64,000 bases of DNA from Candidatus Ozemobacteraceae bacterium (GTDB taxonomy: Bacteria > Muiribacteriota > Ozemobacteria > Ozemobacterales > Ozemobacteraceae). Position 1 is the stretch's first letter. Each line of letters begins with the position of its first letter. The DNA lies in NCBI GenBank assembly GCA_965140445.1, contig OZ223236.1, forward strand, positions 3,200,001 to 3,264,000, given 5' to 3'. A program made the position numbers and the translations under genes. A model generated the notes under the pieces. The model was given only the letters and a program-made list of their open reading frames with translations. It was not told where the DNA came from and ran no database searches. Of the stretch, positions 62,298 to 64,000 are shown piece after piece.

Positions 62298-62924
62298 ATG
62301 TCTGATAGTAATTCTTCCAAAAAAGAGAAAAAATGTTGTGGAAATTCCTGTCTTGTAGGCCTTGGTTGTGGTTGTACTTATCCTTTGGCTGCTCTTTTCC
62401 TGGTTTTAATTGCTTCGTGGTTTTATATTGCTGATGCGGTTGAGGCAATCATAACTCCTGTTTCCCCTGGTGTAATTGAGATTTCTCAAGAAAGCTACTG
62501 GAAGCTCCAGGAAAAACGCCTCTCAGGGGAAGGTGAAAAAAATCTGGTTTTAAAGACGGATGAATTTAACGCACTGTTGTCCTCTTGCAGCTTTCCACCT
62601 TTCTATGGAGTATTTGTCCAGAAACTCCGCTATCGTTATGAAAAAAATCCGGTTTTCCTTTTTGTTGGTTCAGGCTGGTTTATGAGAAAACTTTTAATAA
62701 AGGTAGAAGTTTTGAGTTCTGCACCAGGCGAGTATCTTCCCGGAAATATATATGTTAATTCCTATAAATTGCCCGCTACAGGACTCATTAGAAAGGTTTT
62801 TAGCGCAAAGGTTTCACAATTTTTGAAAGAGAATCTGAAAAACTGGGATATGATTTTGTCATCAAAAGGCAAAATCAGCTTCACAAAAGACGAAGTCAGT
62901 ATTGATCGGGAATTACTGAAATAG
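62298..62924 (+). CDS. Hypothetical membrane-anchored protein
   Basis: Cys-rich KKCCGNSC..GCGC before a single TM helix; in operon context. Confidence 0.7.
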   Translation: MSDSNSSKKEKKCCGNSCLVGLGCGCTYPLAALFLVLIASWFYIADAVEAIITPVSPGVIEISQESYWKLQEKRLSGEGEKNLVLKTDEFNALLSSCSFPPFYGVFVQKLRYRYEKNPVFLFVGSGWFMRKLLIKVEVLSSAPGEYLPGNIYVNSYKLPATGLIRKVFSAKVSQFLKENLKNWDMILSSKGKISFTKDEVSIDRELLK

Positions 62925-62939
62925 GGCATAGAATTGGTT

Positions 62940-63950
62940 TTATAACCTTTCTATGTTTCCATTTCTACTAAGATAAATTGGATGTTTCCAGGCCAAAATA
63001 AGCTCTTTAAGATCCGAGATATTCCATCCATGGTGACTCAATTGAAGGTTTTCAATTTCTCCGACCAACAAAGCCTCCCAGGGATATGCTTCTTTTGGGC
63101 GACAATCGGCTGAGAACTCAGCGAAGTGAGAGTAAATCTTGCTGAATTCAAGTTCTTCATTGCCAATTTTGATCTTCGCTCCAGGTCTTAAGCCATCCTG
63201 GCTACCGAGATTGATTAAACATTTTAAGGAATTTTTTAAATGACCTACCGGGTAAGCAACAACCCCAATTGATATCGCAAGATTAAAATTAAGAGAACTG
63301 CTAACACCAAGGCAGTTAAACCCAGAGATAGCAATATCAGCTGGTCGTTCTGATTTATAACTTTCGCTGGTTATGCAAATTAAATCAGCAATGTTATTTT
63401 CACTTTTAATCGTTTTTAAAAGGCGATCCATTTTTTGGTCGTTTTTAAAATAACTTTCTACAAAAACCCCTTTAAATTCAACGTTAGGAAGATAATTGGC
63501 TTTTTCTATTACCTCTAAGCTTCCAAAACTCCCCTGATTAAATTCCTCTTCGCTACTTTTAATATTAATAATAAAGGGTAGATTCTGGCCCGTTTGCTGG
63601 CCCATATTGGATAGAAACAGTGCTTCCTGGTAAGATGATATGATTGGAGTAGAAATTTCACTGGCGAAGCCCAGATCCTTTTCAAAACGAATTGGGCCGA
63701 AATATCTTTTTATCTCATGCATTCCTGTTTCAGGTAAATTGGCTGGAAATCTTGAATATAAGCTAGAAACACCTGCTTTCAGTAATTCTTCGCTATATTT
63801 TTCCCAGAACGCCCTGATGGGTGGTAGGCCAACGTCTAAAACAGAATTTGACGGAAAAATCTTTTGAACATTTGAAATTACAGAATCAAAATCGATTATT
63901 AAGGCTGCCTCAGAATTCCCTGGGAATCTATGCAGTTTCATCGGCAACAC
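62940..63950 (-). CDS. Degenerate alanine racemase-fold protein
   Basis: IIDFDSVISNV, LLKAGV, LPNVEFKGVF and INLGSQDG resemble Alr landmarks, but VKANAYGHG is absent. Start may be ATG 63941. Confidence 0.55.
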   Translation of the reverse strand: MLPMKLHRFPGNSEAALIIDFDSVISNVQKIFPSNSVLDVGLPPIRAFWEKYSEELLKAGVSSLYSRFPANLPETGMHEIKRYFGPIRFEKDLGFASEISTPIISSYQEALFLSNMGQQTGQNLPFIINIKSSEEEFNQGSFGSLEVIEKANYLPNVEFKGVFVESYFKNDQKMDRLLKTIKSENNIADLICITSESYKSERPADIAISGFNCLGVSSSLNFNLAISIGVVAYPVGHLKNSLKCLINLGSQDGLRPGAKIKIGNEELEFSKIYSHFAEFSADCRPKEAYPWEALLVGEIENLQLSHHGWNISDLKELILAWKHPIYLSRNGNIERL

Positions 63951-64000
63951 CTTCTGTTACCTTTACTTCAGGGTTTTGATCATTGTTGCTGTTTTTTACA

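Overview
64 kb of AT-rich bacterial chromosome with about 55 protein-coding genes and one complete 16S-23S-5S rRNA operon (no spacer tRNA). No CRISPR array, IS element or prophage was seen. A pilin-like motif (PNFRKSREQAR..ACFANMRVLLGAIEMYNMD) suggests Candidatus Riflebacteria; this is an inference to confirm with the 16S. Recognisable blocks: a purine-catabolism-type cluster (PLP enzyme, carbamate kinase with a 1-nt frameshift, ygeY, ygeW, ssnA, 8-oxoguanine deaminase-like); the rrn operon; an ercA/ErcS-like sensor pair; glpQ; a V4R/PP2C pair; a ParB-like/SPL-like radical SAM/nucleosidase operon; an aminotransferase/GH99-like/radical SAM operon; and truA-rplM-rpsI-cdd-cheW. The most unusual signals are: (1) a VIT-vWA protein fused to a type IV pilin-like domain behind a consensus sigma-54 promoter and followed by membrane-stress-type genes; (2) a non-YgeX PLP enzyme in the ygeW/ygeY cluster; (3) a secreted XendoU-type ribonuclease; (4) several apparently leaderless genes; (5) an output-less Cache-HAMP sensor coupled to an MFS-like/HEAT protein; (6) an alanine-racemase-fold protein lacking the catalytic Lys. 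All family assignments come from motif recognition by eye; no searches were run.
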